The notes beneath the pieces are model-generated. The model was not told the DNA's origin and searched no databases. It was given only the letters and a program-made list of their open reading frames with translations. From Eutreptiella sp. 'Long Island Sound 2002' (Eukaryota > Protista > Euglenida), in assembly GCA_964036045.1 (NCBI GenBank), contig OZ038378.1:162316001-162380000 (forward strand): a DNA stretch of 64,000 nucleotides. Reading direction: 5' to 3'. A program made the translations under genes and the position numbers. This document shows, piece by piece, positions 1 to 10,362 of the stretch (position 1 is the first letter of the stretch; every line of letters starts with the position of its first letter).

Positions 1-2490
1 CATGCTCATGCATGTCCCCTTGCAACTCCTGTTGTCGACCGTCATGCAGTCACACAAGACAGGGAGGGTCCAGACCTCTGACAGGGTGTTGCATACCTGC
101 TGCATTTCGCTTTTGGCTGTGGGCCCACGTGCACCCACTACCACATTATCTCGGAACTGTGCTAACGAAATGGTGTTTCCCCGTGGTGTCGACCACAGCG
201 GGTGTCCGCGGGGAGAGAAGGAAAGGTTCCCGAGTCTACGCATAAGGTCAACCCTGGTCTTGGCGCCCCATACTGAACGCAAATCGGCGCTTTGCGCGCT
301 GAATGGTCCGCCCATCGGTATTGCACCCGTGCGTGACCATATTTGACCCGATGCTTGTGTGTATGTGTCTGTGAGGAGGGAGAAGTATACCAGATTCTCG
401 AGGTCCCTGTGTGCGATGTAGTTGAAACGGCTCGACGTCCCTTTGCCCGCGCGATCCAGTTTTTTGTTATCCCTGTGGATTGACCAAACCAGTTCCTGGG
501 CGTTCCAGCGACGCCTCGCTGCTAACCATTTAACTGATGCACCTAGATCGGACATGACGGAGGCTGGTGTGACATTGTTGAACTGCCCAGAGCAGTCACA
601 CTCTCCGATCACTTCGCAGCCCCAGTCTGGCAAACCATGGAACCACGGGTGCAGATCTGATATTTTGAGGACTAAAAAGGAAGCGCAAATTTCTTCAGTC
701 AGTAGGCGGAGCAAAAGGGTGAAGGCGCGTGCCGCTGACCGCAAGAAGAAACGTTGCAATTGCGGTTCGACAATGGCAGCTGTCGGCCGCCACAAAATAC
801 AGCCCTTCGTTAGGATTTTTGCCTTGCCAAGGAGGTACAGGAGGGGAAGGGAGCGTGCTGTGTTTACCGGCCACTTGTTCTTTTTGATTATATCATGGAG
901 GGCTGTCTGGATATTGTTGTTACCGGACAGTGGTCGTGGGTCGTACTTTTCAGACAACAGAAACTGTGCTGTTTCATCCCATACCCATTGACGGCAAAAT
1001 GCAAAAAGCATCGTACTGCCCTTGTCCGCGACTCTCACGCAGGCCATGCTGCTCAGGCTGCGCGCTAGGTTCTGGACTCTGTGACGCAGCAGTGGTTCCC
1101 TGTTCCAATTCTCGGGTGGCAGTAGTGCGGCAATTGATGTGGGCGTGTACGTGTGTTGTATGTGTAGTGTGCGTGCCAACTGGGCCAAGGCGTTCACTGC
1201 CTGGTGTCGTGAACGCGTACCGGAGCAGGGCAGTGGATCTGTAGCTCGCAGTGGAGCTCCCTGGTGCTCAATGTGTACAGGCATTAAAGCGTAGTGCCCC
1301 GCAACGTTAACCACCGTGCCACACTGTTGCCACTGATCGAGTGTGTGCGCAGTGCAGCGGCATGCCGGACGCTCTGTTTGTTTTTCGTGTTTGTTAGCCA
1401 AACGTTCAAATGCTCGCCGAACGTTCAGCGGTGAAGAAGCGACGACTCTGATGCGTGCCCGAATCGCCTGACGTTCCCAGGAGGATCGTTGCGTGTGTCT
1501 GACCATTCTCCTGATGATTGTTTGGATGTGTGATCGTTGTTCGGGTGTGATGTATGGCACTGTGATGTTTACCGGGCGGCAAAGTGGTATGTTCAATCGG
1601 CTCGCTATACGTTCGATGTCTTTGTTCAATATTGCTGCGTGTGCGTAGTCTTTGTTAATGCGCGCGACGTGTGCTTGTCGTAGTGTAGCTTGGAGCTGTT
1701 TAGTGTGTTGTGCTGCAGGGCTTGCTCCTGTGCCGGACGGCAGGGCGGGGGCTGTGTCATTGATCGCCCATTGCTGTGTAGTGTGCCACCAGTGACGCTC
1801 ACGGTAGCATGCCAGGTCGTGGTTGTCCACCAGCTCTACAGGGATCAGTTGCCAGTGCAATTCTGTGGTGTTACGCAGTAAGTCGTGAAAGGAGGATTCC
1901 TCAGACCCTGCCTGTGTGGTTGTGACGTGCTTGCGCAGCCGCTGTGTCGTGGCCAGTGTTGTTTTTCCCGCGTAGCACGTGAGTAAGTATGTGTGTACAG
2001 CGATGTATATCAATATGGTTGCAGGTGTCACTGAAGTGTGCCATTCGTGTGTGCGTGACGTGGCTCGGAGCATGCGGATGATGGGATGTGTGTCATACGG
2101 CAAGTATGCAACGCGCGCCTGGAGAAGTTCAGCCCAGCGTCCCAAGTCTTTGCTGTCCAATGCCTGGCGCATGCCGCGTGTGTATGTTTTATAAAGCATT
2201 TCACGGTGCCGATGTGGCTGCCACAGGGCTGAATAACTGTGTTGATGGTGTCTGAAGTAACAATGCAGTCGCAACCGCTGTAGGGGTGACAGGTTGGACA
2301 CAGTAGCAGGCGAAGCGTACAGGAACCATGGTTTACCCTGAAAATCCGCGTATGCTAGTGGAGCACTGTGTGGTGGTAGAAGTGGTTGTTCCCGGAAGAC
2401 CCAGCGACGTGACGTGACTGAATTTTCATATTTTTGCAGGGCTTCAGGTGAGCACAACAGGATGTGTGATGTGGGCGAGAGCGTTGCGTT
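1..2490 (-). CDS. PLE polyprotein, partial: GIY-YIG endonuclease - CxC - reverse transcriptase (830 stop-free codons, open at window edge)
   Basis: EN: LIYIAVHTYLLTCYAGKTTLATTQRLRKH (~2013-1930), then ERHWW...AIND. CxC: PACRC (1362-1354). RT motifs: VRVADKGSTML, LYLLGKAKILTKGCILWRPT, CDCSGQFNNV, GQIWSRTGAIPMGGPFSAQSADL, AQFRDNVVV (FRDN at 156-145). Absent from the ORF track, presumably because it has no stop inside the window. Confidence 0.9.
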
Positions 2491-3252
2491 CTAGGTGCAC
2501 CACGGATCAAGGGGAGTGTGGTACGGATCGCGGGCCAAAGCAGATACGTCTGTCCATATGTTAATTGCCTCCAGGACAGTACAGACAAATCGGATGGTGT
2601 GTGTCGGGGGGCACGCTGCTGTAGGTTGTGTGCATGCTCGTACACTGTGGTACAGCGGCGTGTGTTGTGTGCAGTGCTGCCGGGCAATATTCTGCAGTGT
2701 CGGTGGGTGTGTCAACAAGGGAAGGAGGGGGTGGAGGTGCTGTGCCGCGAATGCAAATGGTTTTATTTGAAACGGGTCCATGTGGAAACTCGTACGGAGC
2801 CATGACGCTGGTCCTGCTGGCATGTCCAACGGCGTGTATTCGTATGTACTCTGGAAGGGCTGGGCTTGTGTTGCTTTGCAAATCTGCTCCGCCAGGGCAA
2901 GCTTCTGGTGTACCACCGCCATATCTTGTAAAATTTCAATCAGTGACGGCTCTTCGCAGTCGTTTAAAGACGAGGATGCCAGAGAGACTCTCCCCTTGGG
3001 TGCTGTGGCTCCAAATATCAGTGGTGGGACGCAGGCGCCTCGTAGTAGGGTCCGTAGGCCAGAGTGGAGTTGCCTTGTAGTGGTATTCGAAGTGGACAGG
3101 CTATCCAGCGTTGTTTTCATCTCCTCTGTCCCATGTGTTGCCATCCACTGCTGCAAGCGCAGCATATTGTGATCGCCCCATTCTGTGAGCAGTGCCTCCA
3201 ACAGGTCCTTGTGCCAGGCTTTCGGAGCTTGATCCAGGGACAGTGGGTCCAA
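2491..3252 (-). CDS. PLE linker region of unknown function, in frame with both the gag-like ORF and the EN-RT ORF
   Basis: 253-aa ORF in the track. Same frame as 3271..4437 and as 1..2490, bounded by TGA (3271-3273) and TAG (2491-2493). Confidence 0.55.
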   Translation of the reverse strand: MDPLSLDQAPKAWHKDLLEALLTEWGDHNMLRLQQWMATHGTEEMKTTLDSLSTSNTTTRQLHSGLRTLLRGACVPPLIFGATAPKGRVSLASSSLNDCEEPSLIEILQDMAVVHQKLALAEQICKATQAQPFQSTYEYTPLDMPAGPASWLRTSFHMDPFQIKPFAFAAQHLHPLLPLLTHPPTLQNIARQHCTQHTPLYHSVRACTQPTAACPPTHTIRFVCTVLEAINIWTDVSALARDPYHTPLDPWCT

Positions 3253-3270
3253 GTCAACCCACCAGCGTCG

Positions 3271-4278
3271 TCAAGAACTCCCACTGTCCGATTTACGTTT
3301 GGCTGCTGGTGTCGTTGGAGGCCCTGTGCGGTCCGCCGCTGTGCGTTTCCCCGTCGTACGCGCTGGAGACATCGCGACGTCATCCTCAGGTGGACCTGGT
3401 AGTTCCGGGCTGGAGTCGACGTTGACCGCTTGCCTGCTCTCCTTGGTTCGTGGTCCGTCGAGGTCTTTTTGCAACAGGTCTTCGAAACTGTGCTTCACTG
3501 GCTGCCATTCCTCATCCAAGAAGTTCTGAAATTGCCGCTTGTGAGGGACCCGGTCATTGTTGAGGAATTGTTGGAAATTTGCGCATATCTTGCTGGATGT
3601 TGCGATCTGTGGCTCCGCTGCTTGTTGGAAAGTCATCAGCCTGTCGACTTTAGTGTGCAGCTCCGCTAAATCTGTTTTGCATTCGTCGATCACTTTGTGG
3701 GACGCTTGTAGAGCTTTAACATCGCTTTGCAGTTGCTTGATTGCAGTACTCTGGTCGTCCTGGTCCGATGCGATGGCCGAGAGGCGCTGACTCTGTTCGT
3801 TTTGCACGCTGGGTACACGTCGTAGACATTCGTTCATGTCGTGACCAAACAGTCCACAGTACAGGCACCCTCTCTTCGTGAGATCGTCAGGGTCGGGGAA
3901 GTGGATTGGTGGATCTCTGGTCTGACATTTCACGGTTGCATGGTCACTGGTTCCACAACGGAGGCACCATAGGTTGTCAGCAGGGGGTGCAGGAGCGGCT
4001 TTTCCGACCTTGGACTCGTACATTGGACAGGCTTTGATCCAGTGGTCTGTTTCCCCGCAAATTAAGCATGCACCTCGTTCTTGGCGCTCTTGTTGTTCCT
4101 TGCATTCATCTGACCAGTGCATTTCACCGCAGGTCCAACAGGCGTGAGGAGGTGGTCGGCGAGGTCGTGGTGTGTCTGTAGTATCCTTTGTGTCTGATCT
4201 CGTTGGGCACTCGAAAGCCATGTGTCCTGCTCGGTGGCAGAGGGAACATATCTGTGGTTTGCTGAATTTCGGCGCCAT
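3271..4278 (-). CDS. gag-like / ORF1-like nucleic-acid-binding protein with five CCHC zinc knuckles and a coiled-coil-like segment
   Basis: CSLCHRAGHMAFEC, CWTCGEMHWSDEC, CLICGETDHWIKAC, CLRCGTSDHATVKC, CLYCGLFGHDMNEC, followed by a heptad-like stretch (STAIKQLQSDVKALQASHKVIDECKTDLAELHTKVDRL). First ATG at 4278 (MAPKFSKP). Confidence 0.85.
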   Translation of the reverse strand: MAPKFSKPQICSLCHRAGHMAFECPTRSDTKDTTDTPRPRRPPPHACWTCGEMHWSDECKEQQERQERGACLICGETDHWIKACPMYESKVGKAAPAPPADNLWCLRCGTSDHATVKCQTRDPPIHFPDPDDLTKRGCLYCGLFGHDMNECLRRVPSVQNEQSQRLSAIASDQDDQSTAIKQLQSDVKALQASHKVIDECKTDLAELHTKVDRLMTFQQAAEPQIATSSKICANFQQFLNNDRVPHKRQFQNFLDEEWQPVKHSFEDLLQKDLDGPRTKESRQAVNVDSSPELPGPPEDDVAMSPARTTGKRTAADRTGPPTTPAAKRKSDSGSS

Positions 4279-4473
4279 TGAGGTAGTCTGTGGTTGGGTT
4301 GGGTTGGATGGAAAGGAACTTGAACTTGAACTCAGTAGGGTGACGTAATTGATCAGCCAAACGGACGCTCCGCTGAGGAGATATGCCAATGGCTTGAATT
4401 CCCCGAAGGAACTCTGGGCTATGGTGCGTGAGCACAAGACGCGATCAGCACAAAGCGCAGAAAGAAATGTGGC

Positions 4474-4507
4474 TCGTCAGTGGCTTATAAGACCATAGGT
4501 ACCTTTC
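4474..4507 (-). ncRNA. Hammerhead-ribozyme-like core (incomplete; helix II not evident)
   Basis: Minus strand reads GAAA-GGTACC-TA-TGG-tcttataag-CCA-CTGACGA: conserved GAAA, palindromic helix III, NUH (CUA), 3-bp helix I and CUGANGA. No helix II pairing found. Confidence 0.25.
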
Positions 4508-5167
4508 TGTCAACAAGGACGCAAAGATGCCAGTGGACGGACCACTGAAAAAGCGAACTGCAGTGAGGACGCGGCGGTACGTACAAGACCATCGCTATGC
4601 AGGCCTCACCGGATCAATCAGTCAACCTGTCACTGAGTTCACATACAACAGGAAACGCCAGAGACCCCCCCCCCCCCCGGGCCGCGCACACAGACAGCGG
4701 TAGAAGGGCTAGATGGCCTCTCATGCTGTTTGGACAAGCCGCTGTCTACATGCGTCCCGGAATCCACCCTTTTTACAGTTCACCTGCACTGGGGCCAGGG
4801 CGCAGCAGCAAGTGGAGGATGCGGCATCTGCCCAAAATGCACCATACGCACCTCCACAGAAGTGAGGGCATCAAGCACACGGTTCTGAAACAAAAAAAGA
4901 CGCTCCTGGGCCTCAACACTGGGACACTTGGGCCTCGGAAGCCTCGGTGGACTGCCACCCCCAGGGGGTGCCTCCCGTCGGGATGGGATGCCTGTCGGCA
5001 AAGGGCTTGTGATGACCTGCAGCAGACAGACCTCTTCGTGCGTTTCTGTTCCTCTCGGAGAATCTTGCTTCCCTAAAATCCGGGAGGCAAGTTTGGCCGG
5101 ACTCTCTCTTTCCCCTTCAAAGCCAGCGACTTATCCCCCCCCCCCTTGTAATCTCCCCACCAATGTC

Positions 5168-5203
5168 GTGACCGTCCCCCCCTTGGGGGGGGGGGACGGT
5201 CAC
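5168..5203. repeat. GC-rich hairpin GTGACCGTCCCCCCC-TT-GGGGGGGGGGGACGGTCAC
   Basis: Direct inspection; 15-bp stem with a short T/G loop. Confidence 0.8.
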
Positions 5204-5806
5204 GGTTACACTGTGATAGTATGGTACAGTTTTGTGGTGCAATTCCCCCCCCTCCCCTAAATCAGCTTGGCGCCTTGTAAAAATTTCCCTTGGCGCCTAG
5301 TATTTTCTAGTATTTGAGTTCGTGAGGGCACTGTGTGTCAAGGCGGCCCTGCGCCCTTGGAGCCCATGGGAGCACGACGTAGTGGCGCCCGGGAGGCACA
5401 AACGCAGTGGCAACGCCGTCACCCTTCTCGGGCAGCTGAGCACGAACGGGGCCTTCGTCACTCCCGTGACGACGACTGCGCGTCCACAACATCCGTTACC
5501 TCTGCAGGCCGGCCTCACTGCCCCTGCAAGAGCCCTCCTCCCGCACCAAAAGGGCCGGGATGCACTGAATCGCGCGGCACCGACAGACCCGGAGCTGCGT
5601 CACGCTGCCGCGCGGCCACAACGGGACACCAGCCCCCCCCCCCCCCCCACCCCCGTCCAAGCAACAGTAAATGACCAGAAAGTGACGGAACCAACGCCTC
5701 GTGTTGCTTTGGACAGGGCGTTGCTTCCGCGGTACACTGCGCATGGCACACGCCGAAAGCCATGACAAGACTATTCGGAAAACCGAGGGGCAAGATATGC
5801 CACACA

Positions 5807-5829
5807 CTTAGCCCACGCAAACTGCACCC
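5807..5829 (+). repeat. Left terminal inverted repeat (23 bp)
   Basis: Perfect inverted match to 12645-12667; preceded by TSD ACACA. Confidence 0.92.
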
Positions 5830-6593
5830 TGTTTTGCGCATCGAACGCGCAGAGAAGGACCGGTTCACGACAGGGCAAAAAAACTATTTTTTCGGATGTT
5901 TGATGAACGTGTTTTTGGGCGTAGTGAAATAAATTGCTTTTTTTAGCATTGCGCAACTCCGTGCTCCTAAATGGGACGTTTTTTATATTCTACGGTGATC
6001 TGAGTGCGCGAGGCCTCGCGCACTCAAGATATTCGAAGTAGAGTTAGCTACGAAACATAAAAACCCTAAGGACTGGCGTTTGTGGAAATACACAGCTCCC
6101 ACACGTTATTAAAACTCACGTTGTGTTGACGAAGGACCATTGAAAGTGTATGACGGTCAGACTTCCCATGTTCGGTGTACACATGTACTCTAAAGTAAAA
6201 ATAAAATACAAATTTAGGCATCCGGAGTGCGCGAGGCCTTGCGCACTCTGATCACGTGATGTAGTGGTTTGCGGGATGGATATGACGCGTACAATTGCAG
6301 GTACAGTACCAGACGGACAAACACATTTGATTTTTGCGGCGTATGTGTGTGTAGACACAGTGTTGGTCACGTATAACACGGCACAGAACATTGTCCAACC
6401 GAAACAATCAGTGCGCGAGGCCTCGCGCACTCAAACCACACAAGGAAATGAAAAAGCAGGCAGGTCAGGCTACGCCGGTATTTACATTCCCTTTCAAGGC
6501 TACCACTTGTGACTGTCGATTATACATCAGTAACCTTCGTCATATTCGTCAGGGGATCAGGGGAATGATTTGCTTTTTTCCAACAGGCACTCA

Positions 6594-8894
6594 ATGGCAG
6601 ACGTGTCCAGTTTTAATAGCGGCCGTAGCCTTCGCTGCCCGAAGGATAAGGGTTTTTTTTTCAACGGGGATTAAAGACGGAAACAGAACAGGAAATTGTG
6701 GTCGGGAAAACGGTTTTCGGTTACTGGGAACGGAGCGCACGCAGACACCAAATACAAATTGCGGCGGCAGCGTGCGCACCAGAAATGACGACAGGAAAAG
6801 GCCAGATATTTTCAAAAACGCTGTTTTTAAAGAACGCCGTGCGAAACGATAATGAAAATATGTGCGCAAATTCAATTTAACACAGAAAGACGCAAAATGC
6901 CACTTCGAGCCAGAAAATCCGTAACGCATCGAATGATTGCAGAAGTAAGCAAAGGAGCAGCAGCACTAAGAGAGGCATGCGCGGCAGAACCAGCATACCA
7001 AGCAGCAGATGACTGGTGGAACGGACTGAAACGGAACGACCTGGCGGCGCAACTGGAGTTAACATTTGCACAGCGACTCGGGTTCAGCAAAAGAACGCGA
7101 CACAGTTTACCCGCAGCTAAAAGGCAGGAGGACAAGCGCTGGGTGCGCATTTTGCGACAAGAGGGCTGGAACCTGTACCTGTTGATGCGTCAACGGGCAG
7201 TACCAAACTAGAAAAAACCGGGAAACACAACAGGGTACCTAACGCAAACAGAAAGACGAACAAAAGTACGACTTGGGCAAGCAGACGCCGCCGCAGATAC
7301 AGTGGACGAGCAGGCAGCAACAGCACTTAAAGCAACGTGGACACTGGTGCTCGCATCGTGTTGCGTGCTGTGGATGGACAACTGGTACCGGGCACAATAC
7401 ACGACACACCCAGACGAAAGTGACCGGTCGCAAAACTGTACTGCAATTGCAGTACTTCAACGGAAACAGAGGCCCACGTACTGGGCAGGACATCCAGCCA
7501 TTGAGGACCTGGCAGCACGGATAACGACAGTCGCACGGGCTCTGCAACAGCGTGAAAGGAGAATCCCCCAGACTCTGCGTGACATGGGTTATGCGGATGG
7601 TGGTGTACCAGATACCGGAAACGTGAGAGCACCGTTGGATGTGAGAAGGGATACAAGGACTGTGCAGGCACCGGTGTGGCGCCCGTTTGCCCTGTCAAAA
7701 GAAAAGGTAACCGGTGGTGTTGGTCTGTTAAACTTGTTGCAGTTTGCAAAGGACACAGCACAACAGACAAACAGGGTTCTACCGCTGTTGGTTGACGAAA
7801 ACATACACTACAGGATACTAAAGTTTTTGTATGGAGCGAAGAACCAACGATGGAACATGCGTGCCTACCTGTGATACGTACCTGTAGTTTACGGTGTTTG
7901 GCATGCCTACAAGTTTGTTGTTACACACACTTTTCGGGTGTTCTGGCCTATTCTAACTTACCTACGGAAAGGTCTGCTACGCCCTGGTTCAACCATACTA
8001 TCATACCCAAAACTGATAGTTATGGAAAAAACTATTGCTGCGCTGATGCTTGCCACACCCAGAATACTACGCCCGTATCGTCGCAAGGCACAAGCTGCAA
8101 CTGCAATCGGTGGTCGTGACACGGCGCATGCCAACAGGGTAGCAGTGGCAAACACAGTGTTGCATTTGTTGTCGGAATGGTGCCCATTGTTGTTGTACTT
8201 GGGTCACCTGGTACGGGAGTGCAACTGGGCGGGAGAAAATAACGGTACAGGGTCGCGGGCCCAGGAGGTGTTGCAGTTGAGTTTGTGTCGGTTGCGGAGG
8301 CTGCGTCGAGGACCGTGTGACACCGTACTGAAGTACGAACACACCATCATGTGCACATTGCTGTACAACAGCAAGTGGCACCAGGACCTGCCCGGTCAGG
8401 CACAGTCAGAGGAGTTTGGAGAAGGGATGTTGAGCAAGCTGGTGCGTGACAAGGCGAAAAACACCGGTTCTGTTACTGTTGAGGAGGTGGAAAACCATTA
8501 CCTGTTACTAAAAGTTGGTCCAGGCGGCAAACGCGTGGGTGTGCAAAACGTTCCCCAGAACCTGGTACACAGGATGCGACAACGACTGACAAGATTTTTG
8601 GCGACAGACCGGATTTGCATGGCCTACGTGGAATGGGAGCCCGACCGCGTCAGCACCGTTGCAACTTCGTGGCCGCGGAGGTTACCGAGATTTCCACCCT
8701 CACCAACGCAACCCCTTGGTTACGACCACTACCGGCTACTTGGTCACTGCATACTGGATGCCCTCATTGACCAAAAGACAAATCCCACCAACCAACTGAA
8801 ACGGAAATTGGATGCTGTTGTGGGGCGGAGAACAGATATGGATGCCGACAGACAGGAAGCAGCAACGCGCAACGTGCGGCAACGCATGCGGTAA
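6594..8894 (+). pseudogene. Putative DDE-type transposase (Academ/DUF6589-like), ~766 aa, no frameshift but five in-frame stops
   Basis: One frame from ATG 6594 (MADVSSFN) to TAA 8894 joins track ORFs 6852..7211, 7302..7874 and 7938..8894. Stops at 6672 TAA, 6786 TGA, 6828 TAA, 7209 TAG, 7872 TGA. Motifs VLWMDNW, LLVDENIHYRI, PVVYGVWHAYK and QSEEFGEGMLSKL fit a D..D..GxxH..E layout. The gene lies inside TIRs. Confidence 0.7.
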
Positions 8895-9483
8895 CTGACA
8901 CCCGGAGTGCGCGAGGCCTCGCACACTAAAGGATACGAGAAACAGGTCTGTAATGCGATGTGAGTGCGCGAGGCCTCGCGCACTGAGTAGGTCGCTAAGT
9001 CCGGTGGAATTGGTCGCAGCAAAGACGGTTGTGCAACAGATTTGCGAAAACGACCGGCAAAATGGCGTTTCGACTGGTTTCGGAGTCCAAATGACCGTGT
9101 TTTGTGTCATGCCATCTGCCCTTTTCAGGTATTTTTTGGCACCATGAGTCAACCAGGGTCGCCAGAATGTCCACCACAAGACGCAGAGGCGATGGAGTCA
9201 TCACCAGGGACCGACCAAGGGGACACGCCGAAGAAAGGACGCAAGAAGAAGGGGGATGAGAAGCCGATACCGGAGATGAAGCTCACAGTTGACGTTCAAC
9301 AGTGGCTGCGGAAGGAGAATGGAAAAGCAGTGAAGGTAAAGATTACTGATTTGAAGATTGACAAGACCAAGGAGCGGGGACAGATCCGACAGATCGACCA
9401 CGACGACGTTGCCAGAAAAGTGGTGGGATACCAAGCACTGCCGCCACCTGGACCGTTGCGCGTAACGGCATGGGAGGATAGTG

Positions 9484-9552
9484 GTATGACTCGCTTCGCA
9501 TTCGATCGACGACATTTCTTCTCTTTGCTGTGGTACATGATTTGCGTTGCAG
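9484..9552 (+). other. Intron 1 of cargo gene (69 nt, GTATGA...TTGCAG)
   Basis: Removal restores the compact ParB-like EDSDGSLYVLNGQH motif. Confidence 0.7.
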
Positions 9553-9914
9553 ATGGCTCGCTTTACGTTCTCAATGGTCAACATGGGACAGAAACATGCC
9601 GAAAGATTCAGGAAATGCGGCTCGCAGAAGGCAAAGAACTGGAGGACTGGCAAGAATATTGCTACGTTGACATTCTCAAGTACGAAACGCCTTGGAGGAT
9701 CCGGGCCAAGGTTGCAGGATTGTAGCAAGCTGGCAGCCAGTCTGTGACGTGGATTCCGCTATCCGAGGCGCTGGACAACATGTTGTTGTAAATTGAGGAC
9801 TAGAAGCGGGAAAAGGAACCACAGGATTTCGAACGGTTCAAAACTGCTGTTGTCCAGGCTGCCGTCAACTCTGCGTTTCTTGCACCCGAGTCGTTGGAGG
9901 AACCAGGGCACACA

Positions 9915-9987
9915 GTATGTGTTCGTGCGTCACACGGTCGCAGTGCGCGAGGCCTCGCGCCCTCCATGACACTGTTTTCCCTCGTAG
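9915..9987 (+). other. Intron 2 of cargo gene (73 nt, GTATGT...TCGTAG), contains a palindrome copy
   Basis: Phase-0 junction links the exon 2 frame to the 10060..10416 frame. Confidence 0.8.
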
Positions 9988-10291
9988 GACTCGACATTCA
10001 AGCACTGGAGGGACATCTTCTCCCTGGCATACTACTGCGGCCGTGACGCGGGGACTGGTGTGAAGAACCTCGAGAGTAAGAGCAAGAAAGAGGACGTTAC
10101 AAGGAATGCCTTCAAGAAGCCGGAGGGGCTGCATCTACCAAGTTTATTGCAGAAGGTCTGTGCGCATATGAACCTGAAGGAATCGACCATACATAGCACC
10201 CAGACCTACATTGACGCGTTGATTACGGAACAATGGGTTACGTTCCACCTTGACCATCCGGACAATAAGGATTTCGTCAACCAAACCGCAG

Positions 10292-10362
10292 GTATGCGTC
10301 GGTTTCGCAGCTTCAGTGCGCGAGGGCTCGCGCACTCAACCACCTTTTTCACATCTGCACAG
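10292..10362 (+). other. Intron 3 of cargo gene (71 nt, GTATGC...GCACAG), contains a palindrome copy
   Basis: Phase-1 junction links to the 10497..12101 frame (AADAKIRAEVAAL...KALTGAPLW). Confidence 0.8.

Larger units (their letters stand above)
1..4600 (-). mobile_element. Penelope-like retroelement (PLE) with N-terminal GIY-YIG endonuclease (Naiad/Chlamys-type architecture) and an upstream zinc-knuckle gag-like region; 3' part runs off the window, 5' boundary approximate
   Basis: Manual translation of the minus strand gives one frame from 4278 to 1 containing 5 CCHC knuckles, GIY-YIG motifs, a CRC linker and PLE-type RT motifs. No LTRs, protease or integrase seen. Confidence 0.85.

Noticed and set aside
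3271-4437. LTR retrotransposon or LINE gag-pol
   Set aside because: No LTRs, protease, RNase H, integrase or APE endonuclease were seen; the downstream domains are GIY-YIG and a PLE-type RT.
4597-5130. Pseudo-LTR of the PLE or a separate CDS
   Set aside because: Open frames exist on both strands but have no recognisable motif. The PLE 3' end needed for comparison lies outside the window.
5168-5310. Helitron 3' end (hairpin + CTAG)
   Set aside because: The nearest CTAGs are ~90-105 bp from the hairpin, too far for the typical arrangement, and no Rep/helicase remnants were seen.
9711-9803. 93-nt GT-AG intron that would remove three stops from the cargo gene
   Set aside because: It lacks the GTAT donor and pyrimidine tract shared by the four other introns, and the enclosed sequence reads as plausible protein. 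Not fully excluded without RNA-seq.
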